From: Ruditapes philippinarum
Taxonomy: Eukaryota
Length of the DNA: 64,000 nucleotides
Direction: 5' to 3'
Assembly: GCF_026571515.1 (NCBI RefSeq)
Contig: NW_026857783.1
Coordinates: 50,878 to 114,877, forward strand
In this document: positions 34,699 through 45,729 of the stretch, piece after piece
Numbering within the stretch: the stretch's first letter is position 1
Layout of the letters: each line of letters opens with the position of its first letter
Notes under the pieces: model-generated
The model's database searches: none
The model's input: only the letters and a program-made list of their open reading frames with translations
What the model was told of the DNA's origin: nothing
Program-made: the position numbers and the translations under genes

Positions 34699-35190
34699 GT
34701 TTGAAGTTTAGCATTTTATTATTCCATAGATTAATTTAAAAAGTCAGCACGGCTATAGATCTGTTGCATAAAGTATTATAATTCCTCGCATCCCAACTCC
34801 AAACAGTGGTTTTATTTAGCGATAAAATCACTGTTTTGGATGTATAATTTCTTTAACACTAGAACGGTACATATATAGTTAAATATAATCGTAAATCTTG
34901 CACTGGTAATGTTAAACCTAGTCGGATTTTTCTATTTCATGTCTACATTATTTTAATTCAACCAGATGTTTTTGGTTATTTTGAGTCTATTAATATGGCT
35001 CAGTAACTAACAATAATAATCTAATTTGTAATAGGGGCCTTTCTTAATAAATATAGTAAATATTTATAAGTACGTATTTTACAAGCTGAAACATGACGTA
35101 AGTTTAATGTTAAACGTCATTTTTATGCAAATAAAGGGTCTTATACTTAAAAAGAAAGTGTCGTCTGCATACATTATATTCTCATTATAG

Positions 35191-35270
35191 ATTGTCCTGA
35201 TAACTGGATTTCATATGAAAAGTCATGTTTTTTCATCAGTAACCAATCGGCGAGCTGGATAGATGCTATG
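35191..35270 (+). CDS. C-type lectin gene, exon 2: start of the CTLD (DCPDNWISYEKSCFFISNQSASWIDAM)
   Basis: Acceptor ttatag|AT, donor ATG|GTAAGTG, phase 1 in and phase 0 out. It carries the canonical CPxxW..Y...CY.FS....W..A motif. Confidence 0.8.
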
Positions 35271-38200
35271 GTAAGTGAAACAATGTGATCATTTTCAAAT
35301 TAAAGCTGCATGCCTCCAGATTCATGCTAATTTTCATGAAAATTGTGAGAAAGTATTTCGTACAAATATTGCAATCGGCACTTATAATTCAAGCAAATTA
35401 CCAGAAAGGTCAAAATATGCAAAAATAGCCCTTACTGCGTTAAACGCAGTAGAAATATAGTAATAAATACTGCAAACTTTGTCTTTAAACGGACGAAACA
35501 TTTAAACTGAAACACAAATCTTGACTCTTTTTACCTTTCATAAAGCAGCGCGCCTCCAGATTCATGTTAATTTTCACGAAATGTTGGACATGTATTTAAA
35601 AAGTAAAATATTGTGAAGTGATCAAAGAAAGTAATTTACACATTACAAACAGCTTTTTGAATCCACGCAAATTATCAAAAAGTGGTCAACATGTGCAAAC
35701 ACAGCCCTTACTGCGTTAGTAACGCTGTAAATATATGGTGATAAAATACTGCAAAATCAGTCTTAAACCGCACATTACATGTCAAATACAACTTGTTACT
35801 GGAATGTTTTTACCTCTTAAAATTCTAGTATATTTTCTTCATTATTGGTTATCTTGAAATATTTTGGCTAATCTGGAGGCGTGCAGCTTTAAAATCTTAG
35901 TACATTTTTATTATGTTTGCATGTTTTGATATATTTTGGCTCTTCTCAAGACATGCAGCTTTAATATAATATAGTCATTATAATAACAGATCAGTGGGTC
36001 ATTAAAGGTTAAAGAGCATGCTTTAAAGACTGTCTGTCTTTTGTGAGCTATAAAAAAGGGTAAATAATTCCTTTCCTCCCATGGTATTTATGTCTTCCCT
36101 GTAATAAGAGTTATAAGCAGTTACATGAAAATCATTGATGCAAAAAAATCATTGATGCAAAGCATCAAATGCGACGCCAAGAAATATTTGATCAAGACTT
36201 GCACCTAAATACTTAACAGAGGAGGTGTACTTTATATTGATCATAACCATTACATGTGACCTGGAGGATAGGACCCTGTTTAAAGATGCGTCAAATATAA
36301 CCAATCACTAAAATTCTCATGCCAAAAGAGAAAATTTCTTCAGATTTATTTTACCAGATACAAGGATAACTGAGTCATTATCATATAATAAAATATTGCT
36401 TAGGGTTACAGAAATACCATTGACAAATATTAGACATAAAAGAGGACCTAAAATAAACCTCCTTGGAGACACCATAGGTACTCGGAGATCTAAGTGCCTT
36501 TATACTGCTGTGAATGGGACCCAAAGGTAAATAACCATTCGCAAATTAAAGAATACATGGTTGATCATTATAATGAAGGGAAATGTTCCTTCTATTTTGT
36601 ACAAGAAGGAAATAATTTTATTAAAATGATAAAAACCATGTTATCTTCAACACATCAAATACTTTTTGAAATTTATTTCAAACAAGTACTATCGTTTGTT
36701 AAATGCTAGTACGAGAAGATAATCTATTTCAGACTTCTCTTGCAGAGCTGTATAACCGTGGAATTAATTACTACGCGATGTTTCATGTTTTCTTTTTAAA
36801 AACAGGTTTTAAATCTAAGGAGTCAATTTGAATATTTCAGTCCACTTTTACCCAACTTATCTGCATTTCTTCTACAACAGTACATACATGTACTGCATGG
36901 AATATCTTCTAAAACTTCCACAGATAAATACCTATATATAAATGGCATATCTCCTAATCTATTACTATCGTGGTCTGAAGTTTAAACTTCACTTTGAACA
37001 CTCCTTCTTTCTTCTTTTAAGATACATGTATGTATGTTTTTGAAGTGTTTCATTTTTCTTTTCTTTTCTTTTTTAAAAAATAATTTACTAACTGTAGGGA
37101 AACCTCTTTAAAATTTGCATTATTCACAAGAAATGGTATTTTTACTTTCCTTGCTATTTAGGAGTACTTTGAAAGGCGGAAGTCTTTGAAGTCTAAAGTA
37201 TTCCTTTTACACTTAAATGTTGATTCTTGTTTTAGTATGATATGACAATGCCTGGGTAGAATCTAATCTTATCAAGCTGTTTATTGGAAGGACTGAGGAT
37301 GTGCTTGTATAACACCCTATGGCAAATTACACCATAAACATTTTGGAAAGTCATAAATTACATAAACTACTAGCAAAACTGTTTAAGATACACACGGCTC
37401 ATCAAATTATTTTATGATTTCTAGAAAGAAACAGAATCTTTTTTATCCTACCATTAACATATATAGCATATATGTCCTAGTCAGTCTCAGTTTGAGAATT
37501 AAGGATTATCAAATATTGTAATTTAAAAAAATAAAGAAACAACTATTAATTATTAGAAAAGAACAGATCATCCTTTTATTTGTAAATAGTACATCATTAT
37601 ATTCCATAGACCATACAATTTCCAAGCAAATAATGATCATACTATTTGTCTCTAAAAATATCGTAAACTATTTGTACTTTATTCATAAAAAGAGTAGATC
37701 AACAAATTCGTAAAATCAGTTAAAATATTTACTACTGTCCATTTAGTATTTCAAATTATTTACCTGGTTATTATAATAACACCAATAAAATATTTCTATT
37801 TCTATCATTTTCAACATAAATCTTATAATGAGGTTAAATTGATAGAAATTATTAATTTTACAAAGTACAAAAAGTAAAAATAATAAATTAATTATTAAAT
37901 TTATAAAATGCTATTTAAAACATTCCTTAATTAAACGGCCACATTCGCTGCCGCAGCAGCGAGTATTTGTGGGTGTGACTAATCAGTGATGTAAAACTGT
38001 TAGGTCTGTTATAAACCCTGAACTATAAATAGCATGCAGTGTTAACCTGGAACAAAAACAGCTGATTTTACACAGGAGAGGTTTAATGGATGTTTTAATA
38101 TAATTTTTGAAGTCATTTTTTCTTCTTTTTTTTTCACTGGAATGCTGTATGTTTTCATCAAGTCAGACAATTATATCAAAATCCAAAAGATGTGCCTTAC

Positions 38201-40435
38201 ATAGGGCATATTTTTTAGGAAAAACCTGCTAAAAATGTTCTTGACAGGAATTTAAAATATTTTTAAACTGTTATGTATAAAAAATTTTGTGCATATGCAA
38301 CATTTAGTTTGATTAACATTTGTGAAATGTAATTTTTGACTACAAGATATTTACAACAAAATATAGTGTAAATGAAATATACCTGGAAGTTACTTTTACT
38401 GTTTTCGTGAAGTTAAAACCATTCAAATACAAATTAAATCAGTACTTTGAAATTTAGAAAACAAATCATAGCTTAATGGATTATTGTAAATTTGTTGGAT
38501 TTGATAAAGCAAGTCATTAAAAGTTATTGTTTTTTTCTTATTATTCAGCATTCCAATTTGTCGTCTGCTCAAAATCTCCCTCCTTGAAATATACATCGTC
38601 TGCTACAAATCTCTCTCCCTGAAATAAACACAGCCACGTGCTTCTGTTTACTACTGAAGGTTCATGATCTGTAATGATCACATGGCTCCTCCCAGGGAAA
38701 TTCAAATTTCAAATTTGACAACCAGTATTTTTTCCAGAAATACACTTAACAAAGTTATAGTTTGAATAATTTGGGCAATCTTTCAAAAATATCTATGCCT
38801 ACAAACATGCCAAGTGTTGTTTTAATGCATTTGGTAATTAATCTTAAATCTTTGAAAAAGGGTCCCTGAAGTGAAGCATGCATAAAATTAATAAGAAACC
38901 TGCCCTAGCGCCATCTGCTGGCTTTTATAGTCCAGTTGGGCCTTTAAATTAAAGGTAATGCTATACAAACTGAAAGATTGTCCAATACATAAATGGTCTA
39001 CTGCACTAGGAGTGAACTTCAAAGTGCACTTAATGTACACATTGAAGTGCACTAGAAGTGCACATGTAGTGCACACCAAGTGCACTTGGTGTAACCTTTG
39101 GTGTTAACTCAACTGTACCTTAGATTGACAGAAAAGAACTAACAATTTAGTAAACATGGGTTACTTCCCCTTAAAATAGAGAAAACCAGCTGAGACCTTA
39201 AAGTACACCCTAAACAGCAAAATAATAAAATGTTGCAGGCTCAGTTTGATTAAAAGTAATGGTAAAAAGAATTCATAAAAAGTTAGAAGGCCATGTGACA
39301 ACAGTAGAATTACATTGCAGAAAACCAGATAGCTTTCAACATCCGGATACTGGTACACTTTGTAAAAACAATCATTATGTGCAATAGATAAACGTGATAT
39401 GGATTAAATTCAATAGAATAATCGTTTTCAACAGTTCCATTGCGAATCCTTATACTCATTTGAATATGAACGTTCTTCTTGCAGAAAAATTCTAACCGTA
39501 TATAGAACGAAACAATAAACAATGCATAATTAACAAAAATGATTAAACAGTGTAATCTATAAAATAAAAACAAAACAACTTAACCTGAGTTAAATAACAA
39601 AATTGAATACATCATATAGGCCACAACGATATTCGGAATCCGGCTTTAACTATTCGCGACAAGCTGTAAAACTGAGTCTGTCATTTTATGAAAAAAAATA
39701 TCCAAATGCATATGCTTTTTACATAAAGTTATTAAATACAAATATAACACCATATTTGTTTAATTGATTTTTCAAAATCAAAATGAAACTAATTAAGACA
39801 ACATGCCATTAACTGCTAATAATAACAGCTCCTACCATGTGCAAAAAAAAAAACGCAAACAAAAAACAAACAAAAAACATTCCATAAGAAACGACGCCGC
39901 TCACCGGCGTCGCCAATAAGCAGAACACAACTTCCAGTTCCGGTCGTTCACGTTTCACGATAATTATCAATTTTCCCGAAATGGAAATCTAATTGATTCC
40001 AATCTATTTCCCTGCCATTGGATTCTTTGCGATGTCATGATTTCGGATGGTTTATTATACTTGATTGATAAATAATTAAAATAGCGTAAATTAGTAAATT
40101 TTGTATAAGAGCTGGCTTTTAGGCTTTGCAAAATTCATATTAACTAGCTAGAAGAGCAGGTTTGAAGTGTCTGCTCGTATAGCGAGCATAGCGGTAACAA
40201 AAGTAGCGTCCAAACTTTGATGGTTTTGAAAAAATTGGCCGGAAGTTCACTTCACTTTGGACAGAAGCTCTTCTATCTGGAGATCCATTTTTACAAATCT
40301 TAAGGAAATAAAAATTAAGCTTTCACATTTTGATTCTTAGCGAGTGGAGGTCTTTGTAAAAAAATACACGTACTTAAAGTGTATTGTTTTCAGAGATTTA
40401 CCTTATTCGTATGATTTAAAACATGTTTGTTCCAG

Positions 40436-40541
40436 ATCCGATGTCAAAAACTGAACGGTCATCTTGTAGAAATTACATCTGCTGACGAAGATCAGTTTCT
40501 GAAATACCATATTGAAACACTTGACAGACAAAATAGTAGAG
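40436..40541 (+). CDS. C-type lectin gene, exon 3: CTLD middle (IRCQKLNGHLVEITSADEDQFLKYHIETLDRQNSR)
   Basis: Acceptor tgtttgttccag|ATC at phase 0. Canonical 'C...GA.L..I.S..E..FL' motif. Donor AGAG|GTAAAA gives phase 1. Confidence 0.8.
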
Positions 40542-41879
40542 GTAAAAATTATTTATATGCCACATTGGTTTTAGTAAATTTTAATATGATCAAAGAGCGG
40601 CTGCAATATATACATTGCGAAGCCAGTGATTATTTTTTAACTTTGATATGAGATTTAAGGATTTTCTACTTTCGGCACTTTCTATGGAAGCACCGGAAGG
40701 GACGTGCATCATACGCTTAAATCTACGCGAACGCTGTGCTAACAGAGTAATTCAAGTTTATATCGTTTATTGCCTAGTTAGACTTGAATTACTTACCATA
40801 AATATTGTTGCATATGTTGTCATCGCTCATATTATGAGTAATATACACGAAATTGTTTTTTTTTTAAATTCAATCGATAAAATCTAGTATTTTAAATGTG
40901 AACTCGAAAAAAGAATAAATTATTATAATTGAGTATTATAAATGATCAAAAAGGCGTAAATGATAGGCTTTTACAGAGAGATCTGTAAAGCCAAACTAAA
41001 TAAAGAATAATATCAAAGTGTACAATGCATGTGTTTGTTACGTCAAAATCGAGTTCATTTCTTCCATTTATGTACTCATCTCTATAAGGCGTTTATTTAC
41101 AGCACGATATTTTTATAAATAAAAGGAGGTTTTAATTTGAAAAGCCTTTTAATATGATTATTACAAACTATATATGATGTCACAGCATTATTGCATAACC
41201 GCTTACGGCCGGAAAGAATATGCGGGAGGGGGCGTTAAGGGAAAAAAACACATACGGACTAGCAAAAATAGACTTACTCCGAAATAAGAACATTTTGGTG
41301 TTTTCCCAGCTAATCCGTAGGTACAAACACAATTTTACAGTAACAGTCTCGAAAATAAGTTAATCTATTGTGAATGGTAGTTTAACACGGGGGATGAGCT
41401 GGTACACGTTGGAGTTCTTATGATAACTTGTCAGGGGTTCTTGTGATAACTGTCACGGGGTTCGTCGGAAAATTTTTGTAAATACTACAAAACACCCGTC
41501 AAAATGCTTAATTTCATCTTTAATATGCGAGTGGTAAATTAAACTTTAATAATTAAGGTCTCTTGTCATCTTGTATGTGTCAAAAACTAATTCATAGTCC
41601 TTTTACATCGCCTCCAGTTTAAAATCTGGTAGTTTTTAGTAAAATTTCCTAACTATTTGCCAATTTGAATGTAATGAGTATGCATCCTTGCCATACATAA
41701 TTACCTAATTATAATGCAAAATTGCATACATAAAGCCCCGACTAACACATTTATGCCCGATTTTTCAAATGTCCTGGAGTTCTTGTGATAACTCTGAAGC
41801 TGTCCTAAAGTTCATTTCTTGCGCTAAATCAGGGCGCGTTTTAGCGTTTGTTATAAAAATGTTGAATATATTAAATTTC

Positions 41880-42020
41880 AAAAGTTACCAAATTTAAAAA
41901 GTAACCCAATTTCAATAGTTACCACATTTCAAAGGTAACCAAATCTGAATAGTAACCAAAATTAATAAGTTCATTTCAACAATTACAAAGCTCAAATAGT
42001 AACCAAATCCTGGTAATATT
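41880..42020. repeat. ~20-bp minisatellite (agt[t]accaaattt[c]aa, ~7 copies) ending 4 bp before the kringle exon acceptor
   Basis: aaaagttaccaaatttaaa / aagtaacccaatttcaat / agttaccacatttcaaa / ggtaaccaaatctgaat / agtaaccaaaattaat ... / agtaaccaaatcctggtaatatttcag|. Confidence 0.7.
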
Positions 42021-42024
42021 TCAG

Positions 42025-42276
42025 AATGCTTCAGTGCCTATTCAAAACAATATAGTGGCACTACAACTACGACGTACGACGGACACACGTGCCAGCGATG
42101 GGATTCACAAACTCCCCACACACATACACGAACTCAACCCATCAGGTTTCCAGAGAGATCTGTGACAGATGCTGCCAACTATTGTAGAGATCCCGACGGC
42201 TTAGGGTTACCATGGTGTTACACAACAGACCCCAAAATTAGGTGGCAGTATTGTGGCATTTACGAGTGTCCGGGTG
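42025..42276 (+). CDS. Complete kringle-domain exon (phase 1-1) inside the last CTLD intron
   Basis: With one base carried in it translates, with no stops, to 'ECFSAYSKQYSGTTTTTYDGHTCQRWDSQTPHTHTRTQPIRFPERSVTDAANYCRDPDGLGLPWCYTTDPKIRWQYCGIYECPG'. That is the kringle signature with all 6 Cys (CQ.W, NYCR[DN]PD, PWCYT, W.YC). Acceptor tttcag|AA, donor GGTG|GTAAGT. Confidence 0.7.
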
Positions 42277-42950
42277 GTAAGTGGCTGTTAGATAATATTC
42301 TCTAACAAATGAAATTGAGACAGTGAAACTTGGAAGAAAAACCCAAGAGAAATAAATGTTACATGAACTCGAACTTGACGTCATTCTAATATAGTTTATA
42401 CGCTATAATCATTTTAACTTTACATAGTATCGCAGAAATTTTTCTGCGCGGCAATATTTTGTCACAATTTTCTGCAATTATATCGCAAAAAGTTCAAAAG
42501 TTTCAATTGAAAAAAATATGTACCATCGAAATCGTCAAACATTTATTTCTCATTCTTGTGTACAAAAGATCTTTATTAAATGCATCTCGTACTCTATCTA
42601 GTTTCGTTTTCAATTTCAGGATTTAAAAAAGGTCATTTAAACTCCTTTTTGTATTTGATGTAAAAAAAACTGTCAAAATGTCCGAAAAAGGTGGTGTGAA
42701 GTAAGGAGGTCATTGTACATTGTTGAGATCATAAAATATATATACACAGTTGCAAAACCTATATCAGACTCGAGTTGCGTCTCGTCCAATGTAGGTTTAA
42801 CAGCTGTGTAATCATCCAATAGAATTCAGTATTGTACTCAACACTATAAATTTACGTCATGATATTATGTCTAATATCGTACAAGAACGCATCATACATG
42901 AAGGCATGATACCTTTTTATCAATCTTTAAAAACGTTTGTTTCCTTCCAG

Positions 42951-43159
42951 GGAACTACTGGGCCGGAATGGTCATGCTGGAAGATGTCTGGAAATGGATC
43001 CACACGGAGACTGAACTTGATCAAGGTTACACTAACTGGTATCATGACCTAAACTGGGAATATTGCGGGTCATTGATTTCGGAGGTAAACTATCAATGGA
43101 AGAGAAGCGAATGTACACATACGGCAATGTACATTTGCGAACAGACGAAATATACATAA
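42951..43159 (+). CDS. C-type lectin gene, terminal exon: CTLD C-terminal half (..NYWAGMVMLEDVWKWIHTETELDQGYTNWYHDLNWEYCGSLISEVNYQWKRSECTHTAMYICEQTKYT*)
   Basis: Strong acceptor ttccttccag|GG at phase 1. It contains WIGL-like, W.W.DG-like, 'NW....EYC' and 'W....C....YICE' CTLD hallmarks and ends at TAA 43157-43159. The overlapping ORF 42867-43052 is the wrong frame. Confidence 0.8.
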
Positions 43160-43864
43160 GATAGTTGTCGTCTGTTTATGATGAACTCTTTGTGAAATCA
43201 GACATTGAATGAACGCAGAACAATTCAATTCTATTCTTGATTCATTGAAACAACATTACAGCTAACTGCTGCCACCGTTCTTTGCCGTAAAATGGTACTA
43301 TTTTACAACACACAATAATTCATGATCATTTGATATATTTTGTACAAACATGAGTATAATATTTGCTGTATTTGCATATGCATGAAGTTAAAAACAGCAT
43401 GAAATCTCCAGTTCAAATAGGGATAATAGAGTTAGATTTAATTTATGTCTTGATAATATTTAAAGAGACTTCGAGTATTTAAAAAAAATCTTCGTGATTT
43501 GATTTTGCAAAACTAGAAATCTCTAGAAACTCTTCAGAAAATGTGTGATGACATATTCTGTTTAAAATTCAAAAGTAGTGTAACTGTAAATGTTGATTTT
43601 TCTAGCGTCATCATATTTTACTTTTGGGCATACATGGCCTGATGTTGACCTACATTAATGTAATAGCAAAACTGTATTTTTGATAAGTTTATTTATACTC
43701 ACTCTTCGTCTAAATTTAGTTGAGTTCTTTGCTTATGATTTTCATGTTGGAGGGCTGAAAAAGAGAATCTCAACTTAGCATAGGAAAACTTTGCTACATG
43801 TTCTCTATCAAGAATTTGGAGAGTCATAATTTTGTCAAAGTTCAGAAATTAATACTTTTAAGGG

Positions 43865-44110
43865 AAAGGATGTTTAAGCTCAGTCGGTAAAGCCTCGAAA
43901 CGGCTTTCCGAGGGCCCCGGGTTTGAGTCTCGGTCTCGGTCAGGGAACGTGTTACATTATCGCGTTTTCCGGTAAGGCCAACATTTTTTTATTAAATGTT
44001 TTACGGGACATTTTTTTAAAAAATTGGGTCGGGGGGGGGGGGTAAAATAAAAATAAAATTCAATATTTTGATCAGTCGACCACAAAATAAAAATAAAATG
44101 ACAAATGAGG
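43865..44110 (+). mobile_element. tRNA-derived SINE-like element with A/B-box-like head, A/T-rich body and (G)12 tract
   Basis: 'aagctcagtcggtaaagc' resembles the tRNA D-arm/box A and 'gggtttgagtctcgg' the T-arm/box B. The body recurs inverted at 45730-45880 and 48990-49060. It is not a tRNA gene (no cloverleaf). Confidence 0.55.
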
Positions 44111-45729
44111 TGAAAATTTTTTATTTTCGAACATTTTTTTTAACACTCCAAAAACAGATTTTTTATCCATAAAATCAATGATTTTATAGTTTTGAAATAT
44201 TTTTGACATGATTTTTAACAAAATAGTTGAAAAAAATGTTTTAAGTCACTTTTGCTTTTGTTTTATGTAAATATTTAATGCTGATCTAGAATTTGTATTA
44301 GTTTGTCTTTTCGCATTACCAAATTCAATGTTTAGTCCCTTCATTTCAAGAGTATCCAAACAAGGTTGTATTGCCACTCTCAAGCTTTACAATACTGAAA
44401 CAAGCTTGCAACCTGATTATAGTGATAGAACAACCAACCTATTATAAGCTTACTGATAGTTTCCTCATGGTAATCCAAATTAAGTTCCTGACAGGATTCT
44501 TATCAACAACATCACACAGGGAGAGTGATTTGAGGTCAGAAACCTTAACCATTCACTAAGGTACAACATAATATTGTACAATGTCAGTTTCACAAGGTAA
44601 ATTAAATCAACAACTTTAGATTATCTTTAAGAGAGTAAGTTATGTATGTGCAAAAAGTTTGCAATTTCTGAAAATTATTCATAGTTCAAATGATTAGTAA
44701 AATGAAAGTCATTGACAGTAAATAGATAATCAAATGGCATACATTGTTACAAAATCAGGGTTTTCTGTAGAGAATTTATTACAGGCAATTTTTTACAGAA
44801 ATGTCAAAGAGGACTTATGCTCATAATCTTACATTGCAAAAAAAGGCCAATTTTCTCAATATTGATCTAGTAAAAAACACATAACTACTGCCTTTAGTCT
44901 ACTGGTCAATGGTCATGATATAATATAAACTTAATAAATGTTATAGATGACTGTGTTCAATTATAAACAAGCCTTGTATTTCAACAAGACAACAACAACA
45001 AAATCTGTCCACCAAAGAAGTTTCAATAATTTATTATTTTGGTATTATAAATTAATCAATTGTTTTCAAAGATTCATAATAAAGATTTTTTATTATCAAT
45101 TTACTAACAATAAATGTTAGATTCTACAATGTAAGTAGAACTCGTACGAGTTGAATTTCGATTACTCAATTTTCTCGATATGTCAAAGTAAAATGCAAGT
45201 CCAGATTTTCCACCTTATTTTTTTTATAAAAACCTATACATGAGTCTAAATTTTAATGTGTCAAAGTTTTCTCATGTTCCGTGGTAAATCGAGTAAATAT
45301 TTCATTCTGACACCTTAGTCGATCAACGACTTTGATCCCGTGCCCATTTAATTTTTTACAACTGTTCTGAAAGTGTAGATGATTCAAATCAACTTATGCA
45401 ATGGATGTTACTTCCCAGTCGTGCTTTCAAACAGCTTTGCAGGCTATCATGTGTGATAAAATGCTCTAATATTTATTCCTCAAATTGCCATAGTTGTAAT
45501 GAAAGCGAACTTTCATGACCCCGCGACCTTTCATGACCCGGTGTCGCGTGATATTCACACGGGTTAATTTATTACAAGCTTGTTAAGTTATTGCCCTTCC
45601 CTTTTGTTACGCCTTTTGTAACATTTTGTAAACATCAAAGCGATTAACTTGTCATTTGTTTTAAGCAAGTTCCTTTGCTTTACCAAGATTCTACAGTTAA
45701 GTACCGAGTAACTTTTAATTTTGACAGAA

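Noticed and set aside
38900-39100. Cluster of ~8 'agtgcac' (ApaLI-site) palindromes, a possible regulatory array
   Set aside because: It is a short low-complexity palindromic repeat without flanking gene context. It is noted but not supportable as a regulatory feature.
43865-43945. tRNA-like sequence (box A 'tcagtcggtaaag', box B 'ggtttgagtct')
   Set aside because: It cannot be folded into a complete cloverleaf with acceptor stem and anticodon loop. It is followed by a SINE-type A/T-rich body and recurs in inverted copies, so it is a tRNA-derived SINE head, not a tRNA gene.
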